This document shows, piece after piece, positions 11,383-22,626 of a stretch of 64,000 nt of DNA. The DNA is taken from assembly GCA_963790305.1 (NCBI GenBank), contig CAWBOC010000008.1, positions 86,149-150,148 of the forward strand, in the 5' to 3' direction. Position 1 is the first letter of the stretch. Each line of letters opens with the position of its first letter. Made by a program: the position numbers and the translations under genes. Below the pieces are notes generated by a model. The model saw nothing but the letters and a program-made list of their open reading frames with translations, was not told the DNA's origin and did no database searches. Source of the stretch: an uncultured Gemmatimonadaceae bacterium (lineage in GTDB: Bacteria; Gemmatimonadota; Gemmatimonadetes; Gemmatimonadales; Gemmatimonadaceae).

Positions 11383-11874
11383 ATGAGAAGGATTTTCCTG
11401 TCACTCGCGGCGATGTCCACGCTGGCGTGCGTTACGCTCCCGCGTCCGATTTCCGTGGCGCACCGTCCGACCGACGTCCTCATGCTCGGGGGCGAATGGC
11501 GCGGTGACTTCACGAGCGAGGATGGGCAGCGGGGTGGCACCATTGCGTTCGTCCTCGAGGTGAACAACGACACCGCGCGTGGCCCGGCGGTTCTGAAGCC
11601 GGTGGCGTACCTGCCAGCACTGGCAGGGGCATCGGCTCCGATGCGCACGGAAGCGCGGACGATCGTCGAGAGCCCGATGCATTTCGTCAGTGTCACCGCC
11701 GGCGTCGTCGCCGGCGTCGTGCCCGCGTTCTTCGACGCCGATCGCCTCACGGTCGTGCAGATGACGTTCGTGGGACGGATGCGCAGCTGGGACATCCTGG
11801 AGGGAACGTACGTGACCCTGGGCACCAGCGCCCGCGTCGAGGAGCGCGGCACGTGGCGTGTCGTGCGGCAGTAA
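11383..11874 (+). CDS. Hypothetical lipoprotein, paralogue of 35444..35932
   Basis: GGAGG RBS, TLAC lipobox; GEWRGDF...RGGTIAF...DTARG...TFVG...EGTY...GTWRV. Confidence 0.8.
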   Translation: MRRIFLSLAAMSTLACVTLPRPISVAHRPTDVLMLGGEWRGDFTSEDGQRGGTIAFVLEVNNDTARGPAVLKPVAYLPALAGASAPMRTEARTIVESPMHFVSVTAGVVAGVVPAFFDADRLTVVQMTFVGRMRSWDILEGTYVTLGTSARVEERGTWRVVRQ

Positions 11875-11893
11875 TCGAGACCGAGGAGGAAAC

Positions 11894-12391
11894 ATGAACG
11901 GCGTTCACATACATCTGCTGCTGAATCACATTCCGGTGATCGGCATTCTCATTGGGTCGGTGGTGTTCGCGCTCGGTGTCTGGCGCCGGAATGATTCGTG
12001 GACACGGCTTGCGCTGGGCCTCTTCGTGGTCGTCGCTCTGGCGTCGTTGGCGACGATGCTGACCGGCGAAGGCGCGGAGGAAGCGGTGGAGCGGCTGCCG
12101 GGCGTGACGGATGCGATCATCGAGCCGCACGAGGACGCGGCGAAGCTGGCCGCGATCGCCGCGTACGTGTTAGGCGCGGTCTCGCTGGCGAGCCTGATCT
12201 GGGTGCGTGGGCGAGTGCTGCCGCGCGCGCTCGCGGTAACGGTGGTGCCACTCGTCCTGCTCGTCACCGGGCTCATGGCGTACACGGCGAATCTGGGCGG
12301 GCAGATCCGCCACACGGAGATTCGCGCCGGCGCGGTCGGCGACGCGGCTGACGACCGTGGCCGTCGCGAACGGGAGGACATCGAGCACTGA
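11894..12391 (+). CDS. DUF2231-like 4-TM membrane protein
   Basis: [39 protein letters not shown]. Confidence 0.8.
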   Translation: MNGVHIHLLLNHIPVIGILIGSVVFALGVWRRNDSWTRLALGLFVVVALASLATMLTGEGAEEAVERLPGVTDAIIEPHEDAAKLAAIAAYVLGAVSLASLIWVRGRVLPRALAVTVVPLVLLVTGLMAYTANLGGQIRHTEIRAGAVGDAADDRGRREREDIEH

Positions 12392-12439
12392 CGCAGAGCA
12401 TGGCCACTGCACGGAGTTCCGGGAGAGACCCGGGTGGCG

Positions 12440-12567
12440 GGGCCACGGACAGCCGAACTGCCGAATGACACGAATTGCACGAATAACACGAATACGGCAG
12501 CGCCTTTCAAAGGCGGTGCCGTATTCGTGTCATTCGTGTCATTCGGCATTTCAGCAGTCCGTGGCCC
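12440..12567. repeat. Long hairpin with 9-bp tandem-unit arms between convergent genes
   Basis: GGGCCACGGAC...(ACACGAATN)n...CGCCTTT C AAAGGCG...(ATTCGTGTC)n...GTCCGTGGCCC. Confidence 0.9.
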
Positions 12568-12591
12568 TGGCGGCTCGAAGCCGTGCGCCGT

Positions 12592-13245
12592 TCAAGTCAC
12601 GTGGCGGTCGCGAGAAGTCGCTCCTCGCCTCGAGAACAGTATGATCGGCACCGCTATCATGGCGGCTGTGGTGAGGCCGAAATCCTGAGGCACTCCCAGC
12701 TGCACCGCGGCGACGGTGGCAATGGCCGACCAAAGCGCCGGGATAATCACAACGGCCCTTGGCAGAGGGGGCTCGGCCCAGAGCAGCAGACCAAGGGTAA
12801 AGATGGTCGTCGGGCATGGTACGCCGAACGTCGGCGCCGCGGGATACCGATGGCCGGTGAAAAGCCCAACGACAGGGTAGAGCACGAACGCATAGAGGAT
12901 GAGCAACGCACCGGTAGCTCCCACACCGTCGTATCGGACGCGGATCGTGACGTGCTTTGCGCGAGTGCCCAACCAGACGAAGAGCGCTGCCTGCACGCCA
13001 GACACAAGGGCAAACAGTGAGGCGGCGGGGTTGATGAGACGGAAGAAGGCAAAGTGGTACACCACGCCCATCCATACCCAGAGCAGCGCCGTGACGAGCA
13101 TTGCGATCCGACCGGCATTTGGATGCGACCGGATTGCGAGTACCACCACGACGAGGCCGGCAGCCACGAGTAGAAACTGAAGTGGCCACACGGCCTCGTT
13201 GTAGCGGCGGAATACGTCGAAGAACTCGGCCGCCGTGAATGGCAT
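12592..13245 (-). CDS. DUF6064-like membrane protein
   Basis: MPFTAAEFFDVFRRYNEAVWPLQ, INPAA, FGVPCPTTIFT. Confidence 0.85.
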   Translation of the reverse strand: MPFTAAEFFDVFRRYNEAVWPLQFLLVAAGLVVVVLAIRSHPNAGRIAMLVTALLWVWMGVVYHFAFFRLINPAASLFALVSGVQAALFVWLGTRAKHVTIRVRYDGVGATGALLILYAFVLYPVVGLFTGHRYPAAPTFGVPCPTTIFTLGLLLWAEPPLPRAVVIIPALWSAIATVAAVQLGVPQDFGLTTAAMIAVPIILFSRRGATSRDRHVT

Positions 13246-13254
13246 GGCCTACCC

Positions 13255-13626
13255 TCAGACGAATCCCAGCTGGCGTCCCACGAGCAGCGTGGCAATCAGT
13301 ACCGCGTTGACGGCAACGCCGATCCGTGACTCGGGCCACCAGATCAGGCTGAGCACGAGCGAGGAGACGGCCGTGGGCATCGCCATCGACACCCACCACT
13401 GCGTGTTCATCAGGGCCCCGGCAGCAACCAGGCCGAACGCCAGCGCGGCGAGCAGCCACAACACCCCGCCGAGGCGGATCCCCACGAAGCCAAGATTCAG
13501 ACGGCCGCTCAGCACCGTGGTCTTGAAGGGCACGCTTTCCGTCGCGGCCAGCTGCCACGATTCGGCGAAACCGACGAGATGGGCCGCACCGTGCAGCACC
13601 ATCGCGAGAGCGATTGCGATTCTCAT
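13255..13626 (-). CDS. Hypothetical 4-TM membrane protein
   Basis: HGAAHLVGF, WWPESRIGVAVN; ATG overlaps the upstream gene's stop. Confidence 0.8.
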   Translation of the reverse strand: MRIAIALAMVLHGAAHLVGFAESWQLAATESVPFKTTVLSGRLNLGFVGIRLGGVLWLLAALAFGLVAAGALMNTQWWVSMAMPTAVSSLVLSLIWWPESRIGVAVNAVLIATLLVGRQLGFV

Positions 13627-14344
13627 AGGCCCGCCTCCGCCATGGCAGTGTCGCGCGTGCCGCGCGCCCGTCGCTCGGCATCGGCCCTAACGAGCCGCAT
13701 GCCCTCGAAGCGAATGAGACCGAACGCCGGGGGAGACGAAAGTCCAATACCGGCGGAAGCGTTCGCGCGCGTATCGGTCGGTCGTCACGACCCGCGTCTC
13801 CGTCCTCACCAGCGAGGTGCCGGCATCGATCGGGTCCGCCGCCAGGGTAAACGCGATCTTGACGTAGCCCGGGCGATCGAACGCCGCGAACTCGTCGGCC
13901 GCGAGTCCCTGGAACTTGACGTTGGCCACCCAGGGCTGCGTCACTGCACCGAGGACGATCTCTCGGCCCGGCTCCTCCGCGAGCACGCGCCAGCCAAGCG
14001 CCTGCGTCTCCTCGAGCAACGGGCGAGGAGGCGATGCCGAGTCCGTCTCCACCGAGCGCCAGCTGACGCGCGCGGAAAATCCCTTTGACGAGCGGCGAGC
14101 GGTTGATGTCCATGGCTCGTACGGCATCGTACGCGACGTCCAGCCGCGCCGCGACGCGAGTCTCGTTGTACTCACGCACCTCGTATGTCGGCATGAACCG
14201 ATCGAGCAGCGCATCCGGTACGCCCTTCGTGGACACTTTCCCATAGCCGTACCAGTTCTTCGCCAGGTACCCGACTCCGAGCAGCACGAGGGCGCCGGCG
14301 CCACCAGCAAGGATCCTCGCCGCTCTGTGTTTCGACGTCCGCAT
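13623..14344 (-). CDS. DUF2867-like protein with frameshifts (~14040, ~13724); paralogue of 53394..54065
   Basis: LLDRFMPTYEVRE, then WRVLAEEPGREIVLG...PW...PGYVKI...TETRV.TTD...FRRYW across frames; AAGGAGG RBS. Confidence 0.78.
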
Positions 14345-14355
14345 GACGACCTCCT

Positions 14356-15318
14356 TTACTGTGGCTCGCCGTGGTACGGAGGAATCACGAGCACCGGACA
14401 GCGCGCCGCGCGCAACAGCTTCGTCGTCACGCTCCCGATCAGCATCCGTTCGACGAGTGTCCGACCGTGCGCACCAGTCACCAACAGATCCGCGCGGTGA
14501 CTCGCGGCGAACGCGAGCAGCTCCTCGGCGGTCTTCCCCTCCAGAATGACCGGTCTCACTTCGAGCAGGTCCACCTTCTCGAGCCGCTCCTCGATCTTCT
14601 TGAACGCGGCAAGGAGGCCCTGCTTGTAGATCATCGTCGTGCCTTCGTACGCCTCGCTCGGGATCTCGAGCGGAGGCTTCACGTGCGCCAGCCAGACGTG
14701 ACCGGGAGGCGTCGTCATGGTGACGGCGGCTCGAGCGGCCCGCACACTGGCGCGGGAGAAGTCCATCCCCACCACGGCGCGGCGCAGCGGGGCGGTTGCG
14801 TCAGACGGAACGGCCAGGATCGGGCACGTTGCGCGTCGCGCCACCTGGGCCGCGATCTCGTCGCCGAGCAGGCGATCGATCGGCCGGTGCTTTCCTAGAC
14901 CGAGCACGATGAGTGATGCCTCGATCTCGGTCGCCACCTCCACGACCGACGCCGCGACCTGACCGACTTTCACCTGAACCTTCCAGGAGTCGGCAGTCCG
15001 AAGCGTCTTGCGGACGCGGTCGTGCACCTCCCTCCATCGCATCTCGGTCCGCGCTACGTCGCTGATCGTCGGCGGAAGGGTCACCATCAACCCGTCTACC
15101 GGTGCGTACATGCTTGCAAGCGGCTCGAGCACCGAGATGACGTGCATCGAGAGCCCATGATCCCTGGCGATCGCTTCGGCGACGCGCAACGGTGCGTTGC
15201 TCGTCTCCTGCCCGTCGGTCGCGACGAGAATCGGTCCGGTAAGAACCCAGGGATACACCCGCGTCGATGGCTCAGCAGTGACTTCCGATTGCACAAGCTC
15301 CGTCGTATTGGTCGTCAT
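14356..15318 (-). CDS. Universal stress protein (tandem Usp domains)
   Basis: ILVATDG, LIVLG, VVGMDFS, LLVTGAHG, IGSVTTKLLRAARCPVLVIP. Confidence 0.92.
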   Translation of the reverse strand: MTTNTTELVQSEVTAEPSTRVYPWVLTGPILVATDGQETSNAPLRVAEAIARDHGLSMHVISVLEPLASMYAPVDGLMVTLPPTISDVARTEMRWREVHDRVRKTLRTADSWKVQVKVGQVAASVVEVATEIEASLIVLGLGKHRPIDRLLGDEIAAQVARRATCPILAVPSDATAPLRRAVVGMDFSRASVRAARAAVTMTTPPGHVWLAHVKPPLEIPSEAYEGTTMIYKQGLLAAFKKIEERLEKVDLLEVRPVILEGKTAEELLAFAASHRADLLVTGAHGRTLVERMLIGSVTTKLLRAARCPVLVIPPYHGEPQ

Positions 15319-15374
15319 GGCACGCTCCGAAAAGGACCTGTGTTCACGGTATGGCCGTGGCGACCGCAGATCAG

Positions 15375-15411
15375 TCAGCCAATGTGCCGAGATCCGTAAG
15401 ACAATCCCTGA
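15375..15411. promoter_or_regulatory. Two degenerate palindromic boxes 22 bp apart
   Basis: TCAGCCAATGTGCCG (15375) and TAAGACAATCCCTGA (15397) between divergent USP and kinase genes. Confidence 0.5.
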
Positions 15412-15448
15412 CGATTGACGCGCATCGCTTACCGCACATGTTTCTGGA

Positions 15449-16648
15449 ATGCACACTCCAATTGGTGGCTTTCCCGACGGGCGGGACATCACCGAGCACC
15501 GCGCGGCGATGGAGGCGTTGCGCACCTCGGAGTTTCGCTTCGCGTCGATCGTCGACATTGCCGCCGACGCCATCGTCTCGGTGGACGATGAGCAGGTGAT
15601 CACCCTCTTCAATCAGGGCGCGGAACGGATTTTCGGGTACACCGCGGCGGAGGTCATCGGGAAACCGCTCGACCTGCTGCTTCCGACCGACGTGCACGAG
15701 ATCCATCGCGAGCACATCCGACAGTTCTCGCGAACGGGCGAATCGGCTCGCCGCATGGGTGAGCGGAGCGAAGTGCGCGGGCGCCGAAAGAACGGCGAGA
15801 TCTTTCCCGCCGAAGCCTCGATCTCGAAGTTCGATCTCGGTGACCGGCGCGTGTTCACCGCGGTCTTGCGCGACATCACCGATCGCCGCGCGGCCGAGCA
15901 GGAACGCGCTCGCCTGCTCGACGCCGAGCGTTCAGCGCGGGCGGCCGCGGAGGTGGCGCTGCGTACCCGCGACGAGGTGCTGGCGGTGGTGTCGCACGAC
16001 CTGCGCAACCCGCTCAGCGTGATCGACATGTGCGCGGCATCGTTGTCGGACAAGCTCCCGCCTGACGACGCCGCCGCGCACGGCCTCGTCAGGACGATCG
16101 AGAGCTCGACCGCCTGGATGAACCGTCTCATCGAGGACCTGCTGGATGTGGCGCGCGTGGAGGCGGGCCGGCTCGCGCTCGAGCGGAATCCCCAGGACCT
16201 GGTGCGGGTGATCAGTGAAGCGACGGTGATGCTCGAGCCACTCATCGCCGAAAAGTCGCTCACCCTGCGCGAACATCTGCCCGAGTATCTGCCTCGCGCG
16301 TACGTCGACGCACGCCGCATCGTCCAGGTCCTCGAGAACCTCGTGTCGAATGCGGTGAAGCACACCGCTGCCGGCGGTGAAATTCACATTCGCGCCGCGG
16401 CCGCTGATGGCGAGGTGCACATCACGGTGCGCGATACCGGGGCCGGCATTCCGGCGGAAAATCTCCCGCATCTGTTCGACCGATTCTGGCAAGCGCGCGG
16501 GGCTCGGCGTGGCGGCGCCGGACTGGGCCTCGCGATCGCGAAGGGAATCGTCGAAGCCCATGGTGGCCGCATCTGGGTCGAGAGCGAAGTCGGGCTGGGG
16601 AGCACGTTCGCCTTCTCCCTTCCGATCGAGAGACGCGGAGACGCATAG
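15449..16648 (+). CDS. Cytoplasmic PAS sensor histidine kinase (FixL-like PAS); start may be 15509
   Basis: FNQGAERIFGY, LLPTDVHEIH, GRRKNGEIFP; H-box SHDLRNPL, N-box NLVSNAVKH, DTGAGI, GAGLGL. Confidence 0.92.
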   Translation: MHTPIGGFPDGRDITEHRAAMEALRTSEFRFASIVDIAADAIVSVDDEQVITLFNQGAERIFGYTAAEVIGKPLDLLLPTDVHEIHREHIRQFSRTGESARRMGERSEVRGRRKNGEIFPAEASISKFDLGDRRVFTAVLRDITDRRAAEQERARLLDAERSARAAAEVALRTRDEVLAVVSHDLRNPLSVIDMCAASLSDKLPPDDAAAHGLVRTIESSTAWMNRLIEDLLDVARVEAGRLALERNPQDLVRVISEATVMLEPLIAEKSLTLREHLPEYLPRAYVDARRIVQVLENLVSNAVKHTAAGGEIHIRAAAADGEVHITVRDTGAGIPAENLPHLFDRFWQARGARRGGAGLGLAIAKGIVEAHGGRIWVESEVGLGSTFAFSLPIERRGDA

Positions 16649-16790
16649 GCCACTGGGCGCACGTCCGGCTTTCGCCGACAAGAGCGCGGCGCCTCCCCGA
16701 TATTCGGCCGTCTGCTGACGGGCTAGCCTGAGAGCCGAGAGCGGCGAAGTCCTCGTTTTACGCTGCTCGGTCCCTCGCAGGAGCACCCCA

Positions 16791-17691
16791 ATGCGCGAAA
16801 TCCTCGACTTGCCGACCGGCGCGTCACCACTAGATGAAAGAGCGTCCTTCACCGGCCGCGAACGCGCTGGTCTCCTCATCGCCACTGACGGCCGGCCAGC
16901 CGCCGATGGGGCGATCATTGTCGGCCGCTCGATCGCCAACCGCGACGGTGAGGTGCAGGAGCTCGTGGCGGTCGAGGCACTCGAGCGGCTTCGCGAAGTT
17001 GCCGGGCGAGACGATCGTCCAGACCGACCTCCCGCTGCGACTCGCACAGCAGCGAGCCCGCACGACCAACGTCGGGCGCGACAGCTGGCCGCTGTCGATC
17101 GCCTATGGATCACCGAGCAATACCATCGCGGAGCTGGCGGATCACACGCAGCGACGACTCATCGTCATGGGACTGCATGTTCATCCCCGACGCGATCGGT
17201 GGCTGGGACGCGAAACGGCTCTCCAGGTAATGCGGCGGGCCAACTGCCCGGTGCTCGCGGTGGACAGCAACCGTCGCACGATTCCCCGGCGCACGCTCCT
17301 CGCGATCGACTTCAGCCCGTCGAGCATCGCAGCGGCGGCCGAGGCGCTCCGTGTGATCGGCGATACCGGTCCGGTGTATTTCGCGCACGTCGTTCCGCGC
17401 ACCGCCGTGCCGTTCGACGCTGGCCCGCAACCCATGTACGAGCCTGCTGTCCAACTGCGGCTCGCTTTCGTCGAACGCGGTCTCGAAATCCCGCCACACG
17501 TTGAAACGCGCATCGTGGTACTGCGCGGCGATCCCGCGACCGAGCTGCTGGCGTTCGCCGAGCAGGAGGGTATCGAGCTGATCGCGACTGGCAGTCATGG
17601 TGTGAGCGCGTTCCGCGGTTCGGTGATCGGGAGTGTGCCCACCGTGTTGGTGCGGGCGGCTCGGTGCTCGGTGCTGGTGGTGCCGACGTAG
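16791..17691 (+). CDS. Universal stress protein (tandem Usp), frameshift near 16990
   Basis: AGGAG RBS; LLIATDG in one frame, then LIVMG...LLAIDFS...IATGSHG...IGSVPTVLVRAARCSVLVVP in the next. Confidence 0.88.
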
Positions 17692-17794
17692 TCGAGGTGG
17701 TCGAGGTCATCGAGGTGATCGAGGTGATCGAGGTGATCGAGGAACGTCGGTTGCTCTCGATCACCTCGACGTCCTTGCCCACCTCGATCACCTC
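17692..17794. repeat. Inverted array of 9-bp units (TCGAGGTGA)n / (TCACCTCGA)n
   Basis: About six units forward and about four degenerate reverse units directly after the USP stop. Confidence 0.85.
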
Positions 17795-17802
17795 TCTTCC
17801 AG

Positions 17803-17817
17803 TCAGGGAAACCCTGA
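17803..17817. promoter_or_regulatory. Palindromic box with perfect arms upstream of nosZ
   Basis: TCAGGGAAACCCTGA, ~90 bp before the nosZ ATG. Confidence 0.7.
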
Positions 17818-17906
17818 GCACAATCGAGGGTCAGTCCCGACTGCTACCGGATGCCGAGCCCACGATACTGCCGGCACTCCTTTGTCGACTCTCTCGTGAG
17901 GTATCC

Positions 17907-19954
17907 ATGAACGCCAACGTCAGGACGGTCGTGCTCACCGCGGGGATCGCGGCGCTCGTGGCCGGATTCGCCTTTGCCTGCCGGCCGACCGGTCGCCAGG
18001 TGCTCTCTGCCGGCAATGCCGCAGGAAAGGTGTATGTCCCACCGGGGCAGTACGATGAGTACTACGCCTTTCTCTCCGGTGGGTTTACCGGACAGATCGG
18101 TGTCTACGGGATCCCCTCCGGGCGTTTGCTGAAGGTCATTCCCGTCTTTTCGCAGAACGCGGAGAACGGCTATGGCTACAACGACGAAACCAAGGCCGCT
18201 GCTCGAGACATCGTTCGGCGAGATCCCGTGGGACGACACGCACCATCCGTCTCTGTCACAAACGGGCGGCATGCACGACGGCCGGTGGCTCTTCATCAAT
18301 GCCAACAACACGCCGCGGTTTGCGCGCATCGATCTGTCGAAGTTCGAGACAATCGAAACGCTCGAGGTGCCGAACACCGGCGGGAACCATGGCGTCGCCG
18401 TTCGTCACGGAGAACACGGAGATACGTGATCGGCGCCACGCGGTTCTGGGTCCCGATCCCGCAGGCCGACGTCGCGATCGAGACGATTTCGAGAAGGAGT
18501 TCAAGGGCACCATTTCGTTTGTGAAGGCCAACGAGGCCGGCAAGATGGACATCGCCTTCCAGCTTCTCGTGCCCGGCTTCAACTATGACCTCGGTCACGC
18601 CGGGCAAGGGCCCGTCCCATGGCTGGGTGTTCTTCACGTCGTATAACACCGAGCAGGCCTTCACTCGGCTCGAAGTCAACGCGTCGAAGAATGACAATGA
18701 CTATCATCGCCGCGGTGAACTGGAAGCGGCTCGAGCGGTGCGTGGCGCGAGGGCAAGGCAAAATCGATGGCGCGCCAGACTACGCGCACAACTACGACGA
18801 CGCCACGCATTCGCGCATGCGACGGAAATGAAGAAGACGAGCGTGAAGGTGCATGGAGCCTGAGCGACTGTGAAGGCGAGCATCTACTATCTCCCGACCC
18901 CCAAGTCTCCGCACGGCGTCGACATCGATCCCGACCGGCGAATACATCGTCGGGGGTGGCAAGCTCGCCACGGTCATCCCGGTGCACTCCTTCTCGAAGA
19001 TGCGAAGGCGATCGAGAACAAGGCGTTCGAGGAGAAGATCGAAGGGATTCACGTGCTCAAGTACGACGCGATCGATGGCCGGCGAAGTGCAGAATCCCGG
19101 GCTCGGTCCGCTGCATAACGAGTTCGATGACAAGGGATGCGCCTACACATCGGTCTTCATTTCGCTCCGAGATCGTGAAATGGATGCTGGCACGTGGGAT
19201 AGTCGTCGATCGCGTACCGACCTATTACTCGATCGGGCACCTGATGGTGCTGGGCGGCGACACGAAGAAGCCGTACGGCCGGTACATGCTGGCGCTGAAC
19301 AAGATCACGAAGGATCGCTATCTGCCCACGGGTCCCGAGCTCGCGCAGTCGGCGCAGCTCTATCGACATCTCCGGTGCGAAGATGAAGTTGCTGCTCGAC
19401 TTCCCGACGATCGGCGAGCCGCACTACGCACAGGCGCATTCATGCGACGCTGATCCGGGACAAGCAGGTGCGGTTCTACTCAAGCTCGCCGAGAACAGTC
19501 ACCCGTACGTCGTCAAAGAGCGAGAAAGGAGACCGGTATCTAGCGCAGTCGGGAAGAACGTGCATGTCAGGATGACCGCCATTCGCTCGCACTTCGCGCC
19601 GGACAACATCGAGGGCGTGCAGGTCGGCGACACCGTGCTGTTTCATGTCACGAACCTCGAGCAGGACTGGGATATGCTCCACGGCTTCGCCGTCGATGGG
19701 AGTGGAACGACGCCGAACTGCTGATGCATGCCGGGCGAGACGCGCACGCTGAAGTGGGTGCCGAAGCTACCCCGGTGTCTATCCGTTCTACTGCACGGAC
19801 TTCTGCAGCGCGCTGCACCAGGAGATGTCAGGGATATGTCCGCGTCTCACCGGCAGGCTCACGCGTTCCGCTGGTGGCGAACGTGAGTCCGCGCGCCGCG
19901 ACGCAAGCGGCACGCGCTCGCGAGCTGCCCACGGCACGGCCGGTGGAGCGATAG
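17907..19954 (+). CDS. nosZ: Clade II (Sec/lipoprotein-type) nitrous oxide reductase; many frameshifts, likely sequencing errors
   Basis: AFAC lipobox and no twin-Arg; YYAFLSGG, WDDTHHP, GGNHG, PKSPHG, LGPLH, KITKDRYLPTGP, IGEPHY, IRSHFAPD, DMLHGF and CuA CTDFCSALHQEM, spread over frames. Confidence 0.95.
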
Positions 19955-19958
19955 GGCC

Positions 19959-21901
19959 GTGAAGCCTGCCACGAGCCTCTCGGATACTGGTCGCCGCGGC
20001 GGCGGTGCTCCTGCTCAGCGTCTTTGTCTTTCCGCTGTGGAGCATCTACCTCACCGCGCCCCAGTATCCCGAGGGGATCGGGATGTACATCCGGGTCAAC
20101 ACCATTGTCGGCTTGACGGAGTTCGACCTCACCAAGATCAACAACCTCAACCATTACATCGGGATGCGGGCGATCGAGCCCGACGCCATCCCCGAGCTGC
20201 GCTTCATGCCCTGGCTGGTCGGGGCACTCTCGGCGGCTGGGCTCGTCGTGGCGGCGCTCGGCCGGCGGCGTGGGCTGTACGCGTGGCTCGGCTCGTTCGC
20301 GCTGTTAGGCATCGCCGGGCTCGACCGATTTCTATCGGTGGGCGTACGACTACGGGCACAACCTCGATGTCGAGACGGCGATCATCACCATTCCGGGGAT
20401 GAGCTACCAGCCACCGCTCATCGGCACCAAGCAGCTGCTCAACTTCACGGCCACGTCGTGGCCGGCGTTAGGTGGCTGGCTGGCCTTTGTGGCGCTCGGG
20501 CTGGGAGTTGTGGCGGCAGTAATCGCAGTCCGAGCCGGGCGGCGGCGCCGTGCGGCCCACCCTGTCACGGCGGCCGCGGCCGCCCTCGCCGTCGCCTGCG
20601 CCGGCCAGGGCACCGTTCCATCGGCGCATGATCAGCACGCGCATCGCCAGGCGCCCGCGGCGGTAGAGGCATCCCCGCCCACGCGCGTCTCCTCCTCAGG
20701 AAACAGAGAGGGCGTACAGCGCGTCACCGTCTCGCCAACGGGTGAAGTCCGCACCGTCGCGGCCGCGATCGCACGCGTGCGCCCGGGGGGCGAGATCACC
20801 GTCGAGCCCGGCGTCTATCGCGAGCCCACCATTGTCGTCGACAAGCCGGTGACGATCGTGGGCCTTGCTGGCGCCGTGCTCGATGGCGAACGCCAGCGCC
20901 CGATCATGACCATCACCGCCGATGACGTCACCGTGCGAGGGCTCGAGCTCCGCAACGTGGGCACGAGCTTTCTCGAGGATCACGCGGCCATTCGCGTCGC
21001 GAAGGCAAGCCGCTGCGTGATCGAGAACAATCGCATCGACGAAGCGTTCTTCGCCATCTACCTCGCCGGCGTGTCCGGCTGCCGCGTCGCCGGCAACATC
21101 ATTCGCGCGACGCCACGCACCGAAGCCACATTGGGGAACGGCATTCACCTCTGGAGCACGAGCGACACCGAGATCTCGGGGAATCACATCAGCGGCCACC
21201 GCGATGGGATCTACTTCGAGTTCGTCCACAACACGACCGTGCGCCAGAACGTCAGCGAGCAGAACCTTCGCTACGGCCTCCACTTCATGTACTCCGACGA
21301 CTGCGTCTACACGCAGAACAGGTTTCGGAAAAACATGGGCGGCGTTGCGGTCATGTACACGAAGCGCGTCACGATGACGGGCAACCGCTTCGAGGACAAC
21401 TGGGGCAGCGCGTCGTATGGCCTTCTTCTCAAAGAGATCTACGACTCGGAGATCCACGGGAACCGCTTCGACCGCAACACCGTCGGCATCGTGGCCGACG
21501 GCGCCGTCCGCGCCGTCATCTCCGGAAACGACTTCGTGCGCAACGGGTGGGCGCTGCGGCTCCTCGGCAGCACCTACGACGGCCGCGTGGAGCAGAACAA
21601 CTTCGTCGGCAACACGTTCGACCTGACGACCAATGGTGCCGGCGGAGCGGCGCTCGCCGGGAACTACTTCGACTCGTATCGCGGCTACGACCTCGATCGG
21701 GATGGGCTGGGCGATGTCCCGCACCACCCGGTCCGGCTGTTCTCGGTGATCGTCGAACACAACCCTCCAGCCATCGTCCTTCTTCGCGGGTTTTTCGTCG
21801 ACGTGCTCGATGTCGCGGAGCGGGTGCTCCCTTCCCTCACGCCGGCAACACTCGTCGATGACCGGCCGGCCATGGGTCATCTGCCCCGGAGCGCGTCATG
21901 A
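19959..21901 (+). CDS. nosD: NosB-like membrane domain fused to NosD (frameshifts within the NosB part)
   Basis: PLW.I.L.APQYPEG, INNLNHYIGM, YGHNLD and PGMSYQPPLIG.KQLLNF (NosB) continue in frame into NosD GNGIHLW, HRDGIYFEF, RYGLHFMYS, GVAVMY, GYDLDRDGLGDVP. Confidence 0.88.
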
Positions 21902-22614
21902 TCGGCATTCGCGACCTGGGCAAACGGTTCGGCCGATCCGAGGTGCTCCGCGCGATCGACCTCGAGGTTCGTCGTGGCCGAGTGACGGCGATCGTCGGGC
22001 CTAACGCGGCGGGGAAGACGACGCTGCTCAAGATGATCCTCGGCCTCACCCGCCCCGACCGTGGAGAGCTCATCTTCGACGGCGTGCGGGTGAACGGCGA
22101 TCCCGCCTATCGAAGCCGCATTGGGTACATGCCACAGAGCCCGCGCTTTCCCGATCACCTCACCGGCAACGAGCTGATCGCGCTCATGACCGATCTGCGC
22201 GCTCCGGCGACTCGCCCGCTCGACCGCGAGCTCATCGATCTGTTCGGCTTGCGACCCGAGCTCGACAAGCCATTGCGCACGCTCTCCGGCGGCACCCGGC
22301 AAAAGGTCAACGCCGTTCTCGCCTTTCTCTTCGATCCGGAGCTGCTGATTCTCGACGAGCCCACGGCGGGTCTCGATCCCGTCGCCAGCGGCGTCCTCAA
22401 GAGCAAGATCGCGCGCAGCCGCACGGCCGGGAAAACGTTCATCCTCACGTCGCACATCATGAGCGAGCTCGAGGAGCTCGCCGATGACGTCGCGTTCCTG
22501 CTCGATGGACGGGTCCAGTTCGTCGGCGCCCTGCACGATCTCAAGCTGCACACTCGCGAATTCACGCTGGAGCGCGCCGTCGCCAGCATCATGACCTCCA
22601 TGCAAGCGGCCTAG
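21898..22614 (+). CDS. nosF: ABC ATPase NosF
   Basis: GPNAAGKTT, LSGGTRQK, ILDEPTAGLD; follows nosD. Confidence 0.92.
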   Translation: MIGIRDLGKRFGRSEVLRAIDLEVRRGRVTAIVGPNAAGKTTLLKMILGLTRPDRGELIFDGVRVNGDPAYRSRIGYMPQSPRFPDHLTGNELIALMTDLRAPATRPLDRELIDLFGLRPELDKPLRTLSGGTRQKVNAVLAFLFDPELLILDEPTAGLDPVASGVLKSKIARSRTAGKTFILTSHIMSELEELADDVAFLLDGRVQFVGALHDLKLHTREFTLERAVASIMTSMQAA

Positions 22615-22626
22615 CCGCCCAACGCG

